Positions 20,014-29,040 of a DNA stretch of 64,000 nucleotides are shown here, piece after piece. This stretch comes from a virus. Both the position numbers and the translations under genes were made by a program. Location: IMG/VR virus record IMGVR_UViG_3300049202_000001, one strand, 5' to 3'. The first letter of the stretch is position 1, and each line of letters starts with the position of its first letter. Under the pieces are notes generated by a model that worked only from the letters and a program-made list of their open reading frames with translations, was not told the DNA's origin and ran no database searches.

Positions 20014-20847
20014 ATGGCAAACGTTAGAATTATTTACAACAACTCTGCCGACCGTGCCACTCTCTCTGCCTCTACAACGGCAGGGAGTTTGGTAGCAAGT
20101 AATATGTTGACAGACATTAAGAGCGCCGTATGGCGTTCTACAAGCACTACAGCAACAATCACAGCAACATGGGCTGTTGGTGAAACCATTGCTGGCGTAG
20201 CCCTCCCATTCTGCAACCTCACGTCTCAAGCTACCATTCGTGTACGGGGATACACAAACGAAGCAGATGCTTCGCCTATCTTCGACACAGGAGTTATCTA
20301 CGCCTGCCCTACAAGCGTTCTAGGGCTGTTTGGATGGGGAAGTGAACCGCTAGGTGTGAACTCTTATAGCTACGGAGGAGGAGCCTACGGGCGTGCTTGG
20401 ATTAATAGCCCAGCTACCGTTAAGAAGCTTGTAATCGATTTGGTAGATACGACGAACGTCTCTGGATACATCGAAGTGAGCCGTCTAGTAGCTGGACAGT
20501 ATTGGGAACCTAAAATCGGAGCTGAGCAAGGAGCTACGCTGACAGTGGTGGATACCAGTAAGCATTACAGAAATGATGCTGGGGATCAAATGACAGATCG
20601 TGGCACTCGTCACCGTAAACAGAACTTCTCTATTCCTTCCCTTGACGAACAAGACAGGGCAAAGATGTGGGACATTCTGTGGGGTAACGGGATGGCTAGA
20701 CCTGTGTTCATCAGCGTGTATCCGAATAACGCGGACTCTCGACTGGAACAGCTCCATCAACTCTACGGGAAGATGGTAACGACTCCAATCATGGGCACTC
20801 CATATTTCAATCGTAACAACGCAACAATTGATATTGAAGAGATTTAA
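20014..20847 (+). CDS. Hypothetical tail-associated protein
   Basis: 277-aa ORF with an RBS directly after the fibre gene. No motif recognised. Confidence 0.4.
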   Translation: MANVRIIYNNSADRATLSASTTAGSLVASNMLTDIKSAVWRSTSTTATITATWAVGETIAGVALPFCNLTSQATIRVRGYTNEADASPIFDTGVIYACPTSVLGLFGWGSEPLGVNSYSYGGGAYGRAWINSPATVKKLVIDLVDTTNVSGYIEVSRLVAGQYWEPKIGAEQGATLTVVDTSKHYRNDAGDQMTDRGTRHRKQNFSIPSLDEQDRAKMWDILWGNGMARPVFISVYPNNADSRLEQLHQLYGKMVTTPIMGTPYFNRNNATIDIEEI

Positions 20848-20848
20848 C

Positions 20849-21301
20849 ATGCAAACAATCACCGTCATTTTTACGAAACGAAAATGGAATCCGGTGTCAG
20901 GAGCGATTCGTTGGGCAATCCCGCGTAGTCGCTTCCATATTGCCAAAGCTTCTCACTGTCTTATCCAAGATGGTGAATACGTCATCGAAGCTTCCATGAC
21001 ACACGGCGTTCGTCGCACGTTGATGGTTGATGCGATGAGGGGACTTGCTATTACAGATGTCGTTAAGTTCCAAGTGTTTGACGCTGAAGCAGGACTGACA
21101 TTCGCTCGTTCGCAAGTAGGTAGGAAGTACGATTTTAAAGGAGCATTCGGGTTAGCACTATATCCCGGACGCGAGTACACGGAAGACGACTCATGGTTCT
21201 GCTTTGAATTGGCCGCAGCAGCCCTCAAGGCCGCAGGACGTGATGTGTTCCGTGCTTCTAGCCATATTACAGGCACGATGCTACAGGCTATCAAGCCTTA
21301 A
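20849..21301 (+). CDS. Putative papain-fold (permuted NlpC/P60-like) peptidase
   Basis: ATG at 20849. A His (ASHCLIQDG) lies upstream of a Cys (SWFCFELAA), as in permuted NlpC/P60/YiiX-type amidases. Weak call. Confidence 0.35.
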   Translation: MQTITVIFTKRKWNPVSGAIRWAIPRSRFHIAKASHCLIQDGEYVIEASMTHGVRRTLMVDAMRGLAITDVVKFQVFDAEAGLTFARSQVGRKYDFKGAFGLALYPGREYTEDDSWFCFELAAAALKAAGRDVFRASSHITGTMLQAIKP

Positions 21302-21328
21302 GATTAATTAATTAAGAGAGGGTAACAA

Positions 21329-21676
21329 GTGAATGTAGAAACATTGGTATACGCGCTAACTGTAGCAGTTGGGGTTATTACGGCATTGGGTGGAGTCATC
21401 TGGGCTATGCTTAGAAACGAAACTGCTAAACAAGCAGAACAATTGGAAAAGAAAGTGGACACAGACCGTCTTCGTGAAGTGGCAGCAAGTTTGACTATTG
21501 AAATCAATGACGTACGAGATAACAGCGAAAAGCTAGTTAATAAACTAGAACAACGTCACGACAAGGAGTTGGAACAGATGGCTCACCGAGTAGGCGAACA
21601 AATCCGAGCAACAGAGCAAAACATTCTTACGCAGATTCGATTGATGATTGAAGTGTTGAAGAGTGACAGAACGTAA
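21329..21676 (+). CDS. Membrane-anchored coiled-coil protein (lysis-associated?)
   Basis: N-terminal TM helix followed by a charged coiled coil. Sits immediately upstream of the endolysin gene. Confidence 0.4.
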   Translation: MNVETLVYALTVAVGVITALGGVIWAMLRNETAKQAEQLEKKVDTDRLREVAASLTIEINDVRDNSEKLVNKLEQRHDKELEQMAHRVGEQIRATEQNILTQIRLMIEVLKSDRT

Positions 21677-21703
21677 TAGGGCACACGCCCAAGGAGAAAC
21701 AAA

Positions 21704-22255
21704 TTGAGTATCGAAACAATTATTGACAACATCATCACAGCGGAAGGAGAGTACTCAAACGACCCTTTGGATGCTGGCGGTGCAACGAAGTATGGCATTA
21801 CATTCAGAGTGGCCCGGTCTAACGGTTACATGGGTGACATGAAAGACCTGCCACTTTCTACAGCCAAACAAATTTACAAGAACATCTACTGGCTGGAGCC
21901 ACACTTTGATAGGGTAGCAACGTTATCACCGTCCGTAGCTGAAGAGCTATGTGATACAGGGGTGAATTGTGGTGTTGGATTCGCAGAAGGTATCTTGCAA
22001 TCCTGCTTGAATCTTTTGAACAGAGAGCAAGCTGATTACAAGGACATTCCCGAAGACAAGGCCATTGGCCCTGCTACACTGAACGCTCTAGCCTCTTACC
22101 TAATCAAGCGAGGAAAAGATGGAGAGCTTGTGCTTCTTCGTATGCTGAATGTGATGCAGGGAAATCGTTACATCGAGTTATCCAAGACAAAGCCTTCTCA
22201 AGAAGCCTTTCTGTTTGGATGGTTCTTGAACAGAGTAAAAATTAAAGGAGAATGA
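21704..22255 (+). CDS. Endolysin, glycoside hydrolase family 108 with PG-binding C-terminal domain
   Basis: N-terminal motif EGEYSNDPLDAGGATKYGIT matches the GH108 signature EGGYxNDPxDxGGxTxxGIT. Confidence 0.85.
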   Translation: MSIETIIDNIITAEGEYSNDPLDAGGATKYGITFRVARSNGYMGDMKDLPLSTAKQIYKNIYWLEPHFDRVATLSPSVAEELCDTGVNCGVGFAEGILQSCLNLLNREQADYKDIPEDKAIGPATLNALASYLIKRGKDGELVLLRMLNVMQGNRYIELSKTKPSQEAFLFGWFLNRVKIKGE

Positions 22256-22256
22256 T

Positions 22257-22805
22257 ATGGAGTGGAAGGAACTAGGGAACGTACTAGCTAAAGCTGCACC
22301 AGCACTAGCTACCGCTCTTGGTGGGCCTCTCGCTGGAGGGGCTGTAGCGGCCCTAGAAGGCGTTTTCGGGATCACCGAAGGAGGAAGTGCCAAGGAACGT
22401 ACAGAAGCGCTTGTAGCGGCTATTAGCGGTGCTACTCCCGATCAGATGTTGGCACTGAAAAAGGCCGATCAAGACTTTGCTGTACGGATGGAAGAACTCG
22501 GAATCAAGCGAGAAGAAACTGCAAACGCAGATCGTGACTCAGCTCGTAAACGTGAATCAGATGTCAAAGACAAAACGCCACGTAATCTTGCCTATGCAAT
22601 TACAGCCGGATACTTTGGGATGTTGATTTTCATGATGCTATATCCAATCCCGGCAGCTAGTCGAGATATTCTAAACTATATGTTGGGTACACTTGGGACA
22701 GCTTGGATTGCAGCAGTGACATACTACTTCGGTAGTACGAATGGAAGTTTTGAGAAGTCTAGACTCTTGGCTCAAGTTCCAGAGAAGAAAGAAGAAAAGA
22801 AATAA
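22257..22805 (+). CDS. Holin (GTA-type 3TM holin family-like)
   Basis: Gly/Ala-rich N-terminus, an ADRDSARKRE motif, C-terminal TM helices ending in YYFGST. Coupled to the endolysin gene. Confidence 0.55.
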   Translation: MEWKELGNVLAKAAPALATALGGPLAGGAVAALEGVFGITEGGSAKERTEALVAAISGATPDQMLALKKADQDFAVRMEELGIKREETANADRDSARKRESDVKDKTPRNLAYAITAGYFGMLIFMMLYPIPAASRDILNYMLGTLGTAWIAAVTYYFGSTNGSFEKSRLLAQVPEKKEEKK

Positions 22806-22827
22806 GGTTGCCTTGGTAGGGCGTGTT

Positions 22828-22865
22828 GGAGGGAAGAGGCTTATGGCTTCTCCCTCCTTTTTTAT
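22828..22865 (+). terminator. Late-operon terminator at the convergent junction
   Basis: Imperfect stem GGAGGGA...TCCCTCC followed by TTTTTTATTT. Abuts the stop of the last minus-strand gene. Confidence 0.6.
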
Positions 22866-23306
22866 TTACTCACTGCCAAGTTCTGCTTCCAGCTCTTCAA
22901 AGGTATCGCCCTTCACAATTACTTTCTTGACTGGCGTAGGTTTACCTTGAGGTACAGGTTTATTACGTGCGACGAAATATGGTTTCAGTTCTCCCGCTTT
23001 GTAGGGACGAGGGCTGTCCTTGGTAGAACGTGCAGCACCCTTGATGGCAGATTTCAACTCACTCTCCATCGTCTTGATTTCATCAATCACGTCTTTGTTT
23101 TGTTCCTCTACATAAGCTTTCAGTTGCTCTTGTAGATTGGAGATTTCCTGTTTCAGTTCTTGAGCGTGTTCATCGGTTTCCTTGAAGTCTTTGATGATTT
23201 GCTTCTTCTTTTCGATGTCACGAATCCGAGGGCCAATCTCACGGCTATACTCGATCAGGGCTACTTGCGGAGCGGTTGCTTTAGGGCTTTCTTGTTCGGC
23301 TTTCAT
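22866..23306 (-). CDS. Hypothetical protein (acidic coiled coil)
   Basis: 146-aa ORF, last gene of the minus-strand block, coupled to the upstream gene. Confidence 0.55.
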   Translation of the reverse strand: MKAEQESPKATAPQVALIEYSREIGPRIRDIEKKKQIIKDFKETDEHAQELKQEISNLQEQLKAYVEEQNKDVIDEIKTMESELKSAIKGAARSTKDSPRPYKAGELKPYFVARNKPVPQGKPTPVKKVIVKGDTFEELEAELGSE

Positions 23307-23554
23307 TCAAAAATCGCTTTCATTTTCTGGGCAATGCCAGTGGCACGGAGTGATTCGGACAGAGCACGAGCTTTCACTTCGGACTGTGCAGCAATCACAC
23401 GCTCAGCCTCTTGAGCTGCTGCTTCGTTGATTTGAGAAACGGTTTCCAGATCAGCAATAGTAGTGTTGAAGGCTTCCATCACACCGTCAACGGTGGAAGG
23501 TTTGGTAGTGTTAGCTCCGAAAATAGAGCTGAACACGGACGGTTCTTTACGCAT
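23303..23554 (-). CDS. Hypothetical protein
   Basis: 83-aa ORF with RBS AAAGGAGAATAATAATG. Confidence 0.55.
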   Translation of the reverse strand: MRKEPSVFSSIFGANTTKPSTVDGVMEAFNTTIADLETVSQINEAAAQEAERVIAAQSEVKARALSESLRATGIAQKMKAIFE

Positions 23555-23572
23555 TATTATTCTCCTTTTAAA

Positions 23573-23746
23573 TTAGAAATAGCCCAGCAGTGCACCAAGA
23601 GGTGGCACGAAGATACCTACGATACGAATCAGAGCCATCAAGGTAATGCCGCCATCAGCAAGGCAGATGAGTTTAACGATATTTGCTAGCCAGCCACTGA
23701 TTCCGGCGATCCAGATAGCTACAATGATAAGTGAGTAAATCTTCAT
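23573..23746 (-). CDS. Small membrane protein (57 aa, not in ORF track)
   Basis: ATG at 23746 with RBS AAGGAGAAAC. Translation MKIYSLIIVAIWIAGISGWLANIVKL...LGYF is two hydrophobic helices. Confidence 0.5.
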   Translation of the reverse strand: MKIYSLIIVAIWIAGISGWLANIVKLICLADGGITLMALIRIVGIFVPPLGALLGYF

Positions 23747-23769
23747 TTTTGTTTCTCCTTTTAAGTAGT

Positions 23770-24207
23770 TTAAGTAGCCAGTGGAACATCTACCAGTACC
23801 ATAAATTGCTGACGAATATCTGCATGCTTCCGAGCAAGCTCTTCAGTTTTTAGTGCAATTGCCAAGTCTTCTCGTTTTGCAAGTGTGCTAGAAATGAAGC
23901 TGCGTTCAGAAGGTGTCATCCAAGTGTCATTAATTGTGAAGTCATTTTTATCTTTTAAAAGACTCCTGAGCATCAAACTTGTGTGGGTACGGTGGTAATA
24001 TACCCGTACTTCGGTTCCGCTATATCTAGGCCCTTCGACAACTTTCCAGTCCTCCAACTTCAAAAGTGATGCGGCCAAAGACTTAACAGGCTCAGAAATG
24101 TCTTGAGTTTCCTCGTCTAGAATTTCTTCCAAGTCTGCTGCATATTCCAGAGTTAACTTTAGCTCCAACTCTGGAAATTTTGATTGTTTTGAAAGCCAAT
24201 TAAACAT
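23770..24207 (-). CDS. Hypothetical protein
   Basis: ATG at 24207 preceded by GAAGGAGG and overlapping the macro-gene stop (TGATG). The track start at 24225 is less likely. Confidence 0.55.
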   Translation of the reverse strand: MFNWLSKQSKFPELELKLTLEYAADLEEILDEETQDISEPVKSLAASLLKLEDWKVVEGPRYSGTEVRVYYHRTHTSLMLRSLLKDKNDFTINDTWMTPSERSFISSTLAKREDLAIALKTEELARKHADIRQQFMVLVDVPLAT

Positions 24208-24686
24208 CAATCCTCCTTCAGCCACAACGTAGCGTCTACATCATGGAACACAGCTTGAAAGATAGCAGTGAGACGCTTCACGTCACCACCGCCCAGCCCA
24301 CCGCCAATCATCGGTAGGTAGACAGGAAGGTTGTCAGCTAGTGCTACATCTCGCACAGATTCTAGAGCCTTAATTACAGCGACATAGCTAACATATTGCC
24401 TACCGTCACGTCCATAGTTCTCTTGGGTAATAGCATTGCAAACAATCACTGAGGTAATGTTTGTCTTCTTCACAAACTGAGTAGAACCTAAGTCAAAACC
24501 GAAGTCGTTGTACTCTTGCTTGTAAGCTTCAAACGCATGCGGGTAGAGCTTCTTGACGAGAGCTGCTACGCCACTGCCCATCACACCTTTTGCGTTACAA
24601 CCGTGAACGAAGATAACTCCTTCTCCAGCTTCATGTCTCTTCAGAAGTTCGTTGAATACATCACCAGATTCAATTTTAAGTGGCAT
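24207..24686 (-). CDS. Macro domain protein (ADP-ribose binding/hydrolase)
   Basis: Motifs HGCNAKGVMGSGVA and PMIGGGLGGG fit the macro-domain ADP-ribose pocket (NxxGxMGxGIA ... IGxGxxG). Confidence 0.7.
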   Translation of the reverse strand: MPLKIESGDVFNELLKRHEAGEGVIFVHGCNAKGVMGSGVAALVKKLYPHAFEAYKQEYNDFGFDLGSTQFVKKTNITSVIVCNAITQENYGRDGRQYVSYVAVIKALESVRDVALADNLPVYLPMIGGGLGGGDVKRLTAIFQAVFHDVDATLWLKED

Positions 24687-24698
24687 TATTTTATTCCT

Positions 24699-24821
24699 TT
24701 ATCGTACTAGATCAATATACTGGCCGAATTCTCGATCAAACACACTGATAAGATTTTCATAATCGGAGGATTGCATTTCAGTGACTATAGCTTCAGCGTT
24801 CAATCCAAGTTTCTTCGCCAT
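24699..24821 (-). CDS. Small ORF (40 aa), hypothetical
   Basis: ATG with AAGGAAAG RBS. MAKKLGLNAEAIVTEMQSSDYENLISVFDREFGQYIDLVR. Below the track cut-off. Confidence 0.3.
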   Translation of the reverse strand: MAKKLGLNAEAIVTEMQSSDYENLISVFDREFGQYIDLVR

Positions 24822-24892
24822 ATCTTTCCTTTCTTCGGTACATTCCCCATCGCCTTACAATGGGAGCATTTACAGGTACACTTCTTTGCCAT
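24800..24892 (-). CDS. Tiny Cys-rich ORF (30 aa), hypothetical
   Basis: GTAGGAGGAGTGATG RBS. MAKKCTCKCSHCKAMGNVPKKGKIWRRNLD. Overlaps the next small ORF. Confidence 0.25.
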   Translation of the reverse strand: MAKKCTCKCSHCKAMGNVPKKGKIWRRNLD

Positions 24893-25094
24893 CACTCCTC
24901 CTACGAACAAAAACTGACACGCTCACCTTGAAAGCCTGACTTTCGAATCATCTCGCCGTAAGCCTCAAGGGAGATGATTGCCTTGCCATTAATGTATCAA
25001 GCGTACGTGAAGAAACTCTTTCTTATAGTACCTTGTTGGATACTTACTAGTGTCAATTTAATCATTTCTTTCCTTTGTTGAACAGATAGGTAAC

Positions 25095-25124
25095 ATTGTA
25101 TTGCTACCTACCTATTCGTGTCAA
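25095..25124 (-). promoter_or_regulatory. Sigma70-type promoter
   Basis: On the minus strand: TTGACA, 18-nt spacer with TAGGTAGGTAG, TACAAT. Confidence 0.5.
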
Positions 25125-25131
25125 GAATTAA

Positions 25132-26502
25132 TTAAGCAACGTAGTGACGCTGCCCCTTTTGAGAATGTGGGCCTGCATCATAAGCTTTCTTGCCTGCTTG
25201 CTTGGCATAGGCACGGGCTTGGTCACGAGTAGCAAAGAACGTGCTCTGCACACCATGAGGCATATGATAGCGAACACGTGCACCGTTACCAGCCGTACCC
25301 AGTGGCAGGATTGCCAGAGGCTTCACAGGGGCTACCGAAACAGCAGGTACAGGCTTCTTCGATGCTACAGGTGAAGAAGTAGGCTTGCCAGTTGCAGGAG
25401 CCTGAGCCAATACAGGCACAACAGGAGCGTTGTTCTGACCAGCGTAGCGGGTCAAATCAGCCTGCGTTACAGGACGCCCTTTCTCTGCCCAGTACAGAAT
25501 ACCAGTACCAGCTACCAGCTTACGATTCACCGACTCCGATTGAATGAAGATGTCATATTCCCCGTTGCCGTGGTTAGGGTGGATACGAGCATTGTTCACG
25601 GTATCCAGACCCAGCATCTTACGAGCATCAGGGCCAGCATACACTTTGCCAGTGGACTTCTCGCGGATCAGAATCAGCTTCGAAGGAGAAACCTTCGGCT
25701 CAGTTTTAGTGAGCTGGTAGAACGCACCACCAATCAGGTATTCAGTACGCTTCGACAGAATGAAGTCACGAATCTGGGCACCATCGTGGAATTGATCCAC
25801 TACGTACAGCGAAGTTTTAGCACTGATGTCCACCAGAGCCGAAGTGTTCACAGCCGACGTGTTGGTGTAGAACACGTTAGACGATTGAGCACCAGCCGAA
25901 CGAGCGGAGAAGTAGGTGTTCATTGCTTGTGCAGTAGCCGCAGTGGACTTCTCCATACCAGCAGAAGTAGTTTCCCATTCCTGAATGTTATCAGCCGGGA
26001 TGCCCAGATTCATAACAGTGCTACGATGACCAGAAGGCACGCGGACAACGAAAGTCCAACGACCTGTACGTTGAACTGCTTCAATCTTCTGACGCAGGGA
26101 CTGTGCAGTGTGAATCCGCGAACTGCACTCTTCACCGTCAGTAGTAGTCATGACGAGGAACGATACGTGAGAGTCGTTTGCATCTGGCAGCGATTGGAAC
26201 AGATCGATCATGTTTGCGATACCGTCGTACAGAGGAGTACCGCCCGGAGTAGGCCAGTCAACGACAGGCTTCAGCACGTGAGGATTCGACACAACGACTT
26301 GACGCGTTACTTCAGAGTCACGCGGATAACCGAAAGCCACCACCGATACGACAGTATCCAGCATTTCACGGGTGGCTGCTTCCTTCACAGTAGTGATGGT
26401 AGAGTTGTAGTCTTTAGTTGCTGCACGAGCACGAACGCCGCGCATGCTGCCAGAGTGGTCATTAACGAAGCCAATGTAGTTCTTAGGTTGTTTTTGATTC
26501 AT
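25132..26502 (-). CDS. von Willebrand factor type A (vWA) domain protein
   Basis: MIDAS motif DHSGSM near the N-terminus plus a downstream TTDGEE. 456 aa with an unassigned C-terminal half. Confidence 0.7.
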   Translation of the reverse strand: MNQKQPKNYIGFVNDHSGSMRGVRARAATKDYNSTITTVKEAATREMLDTVVSVVAFGYPRDSEVTRQVVVSNPHVLKPVVDWPTPGGTPLYDGIANMIDLFQSLPDANDSHVSFLVMTTTDGEECSSRIHTAQSLRQKIEAVQRTGRWTFVVRVPSGHRSTVMNLGIPADNIQEWETTSAGMEKSTAATAQAMNTYFSARSAGAQSSNVFYTNTSAVNTSALVDISAKTSLYVVDQFHDGAQIRDFILSKRTEYLIGGAFYQLTKTEPKVSPSKLILIREKSTGKVYAGPDARKMLGLDTVNNARIHPNHGNGEYDIFIQSESVNRKLVAGTGILYWAEKGRPVTQADLTRYAGQNNAPVVPVLAQAPATGKPTSSPVASKKPVPAVSVAPVKPLAILPLGTAGNGARVRYHMPHGVQSTFFATRDQARAYAKQAGKKAYDAGPHSQKGQRHYVA

Positions 26503-26523
26503 TGTTATTTCTCCTTAGTTAGT

Positions 26524-26778
26524 TTAATTGATAGTGCTATTACGTTTTAGTTCTGCCGCTTTGAACACATCACGGACGAACATGCATCGAGACTGAGTAT
26601 TCTCCAAGTAGAAGGAGCGACCGATGTAATCCCCGGACATGGTGTAAGCAAGTACAGTGGAATCATCAATCACCTCTTCTACTCTGAAAACTGTAAGCAG
26701 TGCTTCGTAGTTTTCAATATCAGAGAACGCTACAACATCGCCAGCATAGAGCCTTTTACCGAAGATGTCGAGTGCCAT
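26524..26778 (-). CDS. Hypothetical protein
   Basis: 84-aa ORF tightly packed between the NAMPT-like and vWA genes. Confidence 0.55.
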   Translation of the reverse strand: MALDIFGKRLYAGDVVAFSDIENYEALLTVFRVEEVIDDSTVLAYTMSGDYIGRSFYLENTQSRCMFVRDVFKAAELKRNSTIN

Positions 26779-26781
26779 AGT

Positions 26782-28434
26782 TTATTGCTTCAGGCGTGCT
26801 GCAATTTCTGCAAACGTTTGGGTGTTGACAGCTTCACCGTCCATGAACACAGTGCGGAGTTCACCTCGCCGTTCTTCAATCTCGCCTTGCTTGTCATACA
26901 GGACAAACTTACCATCCTCCAGTTCGACACGTAGAAGGCCAGTAGCAGACTTTTTCATGCCATCCCCAGTAGCAGGGTCTTTCTGAATATCCCGTGCACC
27001 GCCGTCTACTTGGCCCCACGTCGCTTTCACGGCCATACCGAAGGTATCACGAGTGATATACTGGTAGGTGTACGAGCCAACGCCGAACACAATGTTACCA
27101 GCACTAAAGCCTTTGTCCATCAAGCGTTGCAGAATTTCTTCAGCACGTCTCAACGTGATGCTGTCACCATAGATCAGGCCGACACGTTGGTTCAGAGTCT
27201 TGTAACCCTTCTCCGTCATGTCACCACCAAACACGTCCCACAGGCATTCGACTGCGCCCTTCACTTCGTGCTCTGGTACTTCACGACCGAGGATGAGACC
27301 GAAGTGCTGGCTGGGGCCGAATTCAAACACTTTACCGAAGATACGCACCGCATCATACTCGTCTTCCAACTTGTACGAATTTTCAACGCTCACAAACACA
27401 CGTCCGTCTTCCGACTGTTTGAAATTTGCTTCCGAGATGTCTTTGACACGCAGGCCCGCGACAATCTTCACAGGATCGCCCGAGTCAGGACGGAACACAA
27501 CTTTCGCCATGCCCAGACCGTTCGGGGTACGGTTCAGGATGTCTTGACGCAGCACAGCGGCAAACTCTGTAATCACTTTCCAGAAGTCCCACGTATCCGA
27601 GACGATGGACACGATGCCCGAAGGGTAGACATCCTTGATTAGACGGCGGAACGTGCGAATCTCGCTGTCTTTGCCACCCATGCACATTACGGAGTGTTCC
27701 GTGGCAGGTACGGAGCCAGCTACCAGTTCCTTCGTAACGTCAGCACCGTAGTACTCTTCCAGATAATCCACAGCCGGAAGGGTATCAGTGCCACGCGAGA
27801 TGAACAGATGAGCAGCACCAGCCTTAGCGGCACTCTGCCAGCCACACATACCACGCATCGAGAAGTCATGAATCTGCCAGTCAGCAAATTCTTTAGACGA
27901 ACCCGTGAGTTCCACGTATTTGTTCAGAATACGACGGTATTCGTAAGTAATGGTAGCTACGGTGATTTGTTGCCACAGCTCGTCCGACAGGACAGTTTCC
28001 AGATAATTCGTCAGCCAATAAAACTGAGGCAAAGTGTTACGAATCGTCAGGAACGGAACTTTAATATCTACACGACTACCTTCAGGCAGGGCTTTGATGA
28101 TGATAGGCAGATAGCCCAAATCATGCAGAGCTGCAATATGATCGGTGCGTACTGCGTTCTCACCTAGGAACGTATCACAGCGACGTTTGTACTCAGCAAT
28201 CACTTCGTCCTTTGGACGCTTGAAGAAGTGTTCGTTCCACGCTTCAATCAGGAACTCTTGGACGAAGCCTCGCAAGCCAACGAATACAACTTTGTTGTCG
28301 AACATGTCGCCCATATTAGCGTGAGCAGCACTACGAGCTGTCAGATTGGAATACACATAATCGGTGCCTTCCGGGTACTGGTCGATGTGACCTAGCTTGT
28401 AGCTATCCAGAATCAGATGTGGTTTGATTTTCAT
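26782..28434 (-). CDS. nadV: Nicotinamide phosphoribosyltransferase-like enzyme (NAMPT/NadV or NARP1 Namat-type)
   Basis: 550 aa. The overall pattern, including DSGDPV, YGDSITL, FGVGSY and KDPATGDGMKKSATG, matches the NAMPT family (type II PRTase). Confidence 0.8.
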   Translation of the reverse strand: MKIKPHLILDSYKLGHIDQYPEGTDYVYSNLTARSAAHANMGDMFDNKVVFVGLRGFVQEFLIEAWNEHFFKRPKDEVIAEYKRRCDTFLGENAVRTDHIAALHDLGYLPIIIKALPEGSRVDIKVPFLTIRNTLPQFYWLTNYLETVLSDELWQQITVATITYEYRRILNKYVELTGSSKEFADWQIHDFSMRGMCGWQSAAKAGAAHLFISRGTDTLPAVDYLEEYYGADVTKELVAGSVPATEHSVMCMGGKDSEIRTFRRLIKDVYPSGIVSIVSDTWDFWKVITEFAAVLRQDILNRTPNGLGMAKVVFRPDSGDPVKIVAGLRVKDISEANFKQSEDGRVFVSVENSYKLEDEYDAVRIFGKVFEFGPSQHFGLILGREVPEHEVKGAVECLWDVFGGDMTEKGYKTLNQRVGLIYGDSITLRRAEEILQRLMDKGFSAGNIVFGVGSYTYQYITRDTFGMAVKATWGQVDGGARDIQKDPATGDGMKKSATGLLRVELEDGKFVLYDKQGEIEERRGELRTVFMDGEAVNTQTFAEIAARLKQ

Positions 28435-28461
28435 TTGTTCTCCTTTGGTTGTTAAGTAAGA

Positions 28462-29040
28462 CTACATAGTAGCAGATAGTTTTACGAATGTACAGCCCCT
28501 GTGTGACTTTCTTTTGCCAAGCAAGACTGCGGATATAAGGCGGAAGTCAAAGCCCTTCCGCTTCATATCTTCGTTACCGTACATGGTTGTCACGAGTTTT
28601 CCAGCTTTGTCATATACCTCCACAGCCCCGGTGAATGCGAAAGCTTTAGCAGCGAACGGGTGATCAACAAATAGGCCGCTATCAATGGCATGATCTTTGT
28701 TCTCTTCGTTAGTCGCCCACTCTAAGTTGCTGATAATGTTATTAGTCTTATCCCCGTCTTTGTGGTTTACTTGAGGTTTGTCGTCGGGGTTAGGAACGAA
28801 AGCCTCTGCTACTAGCCGGTGTACCTTTCTAGTGAACTTACTGCCGCCCACGCTGAGGCGTACGCGAGAGTATCCCCGCTTGTCAGGGTGGGGAGCTAAC
28901 ACTACCCCACCAATAACACGACTTGGCTTGTTATCACTGAAAGTCAGGAGCCTTACAACACTTCTGACCTTCCCATGATTACTAACCTCGTAAAACCCTT
29001 CGAAGCCATTACAGCTTTTCCAAGATTCCGTAGGTGTCAT
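28462..29040 (-). CDS. HNH homing endonuclease (NUMOD4 + HNH_3)
   Basis: NUMOD4-like WKSCNGFEGFYEVSNHGKVRS. HNH_3-like HRLVAEAFVPNP...VNHKDGDKTNN...LEWAT. Its start overlaps the Prs-like 3' end by 32 nt. Confidence 0.85.
   Translation of the reverse strand: MTPTESWKSCNGFEGFYEVSNHGKVRSVVRLLTFSDNKPSRVIGGVVLAPHPDKRGYSRVRLSVGGSKFTRKVHRLVAEAFVPNPDDKPQVNHKDGDKTNNIISNLEWATNEENKDHAIDSGLFVDHPFAAKAFAFTGAVEVYDKAGKLVTTMYGNEDMKRKGFDFRLISAVLLGKRKSHRGCTFVKLSATM

Noticed and set aside
21329-22805. Search for a spanin pair (i-spanin with an embedded or adjacent o-spanin lipoprotein) in the lysis cassette.
   Set aside because: The 115-aa TM + coiled-coil protein could be an i-spanin, but I found no small lipobox-containing ORF embedded in or next to it. 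No spanin call is made.
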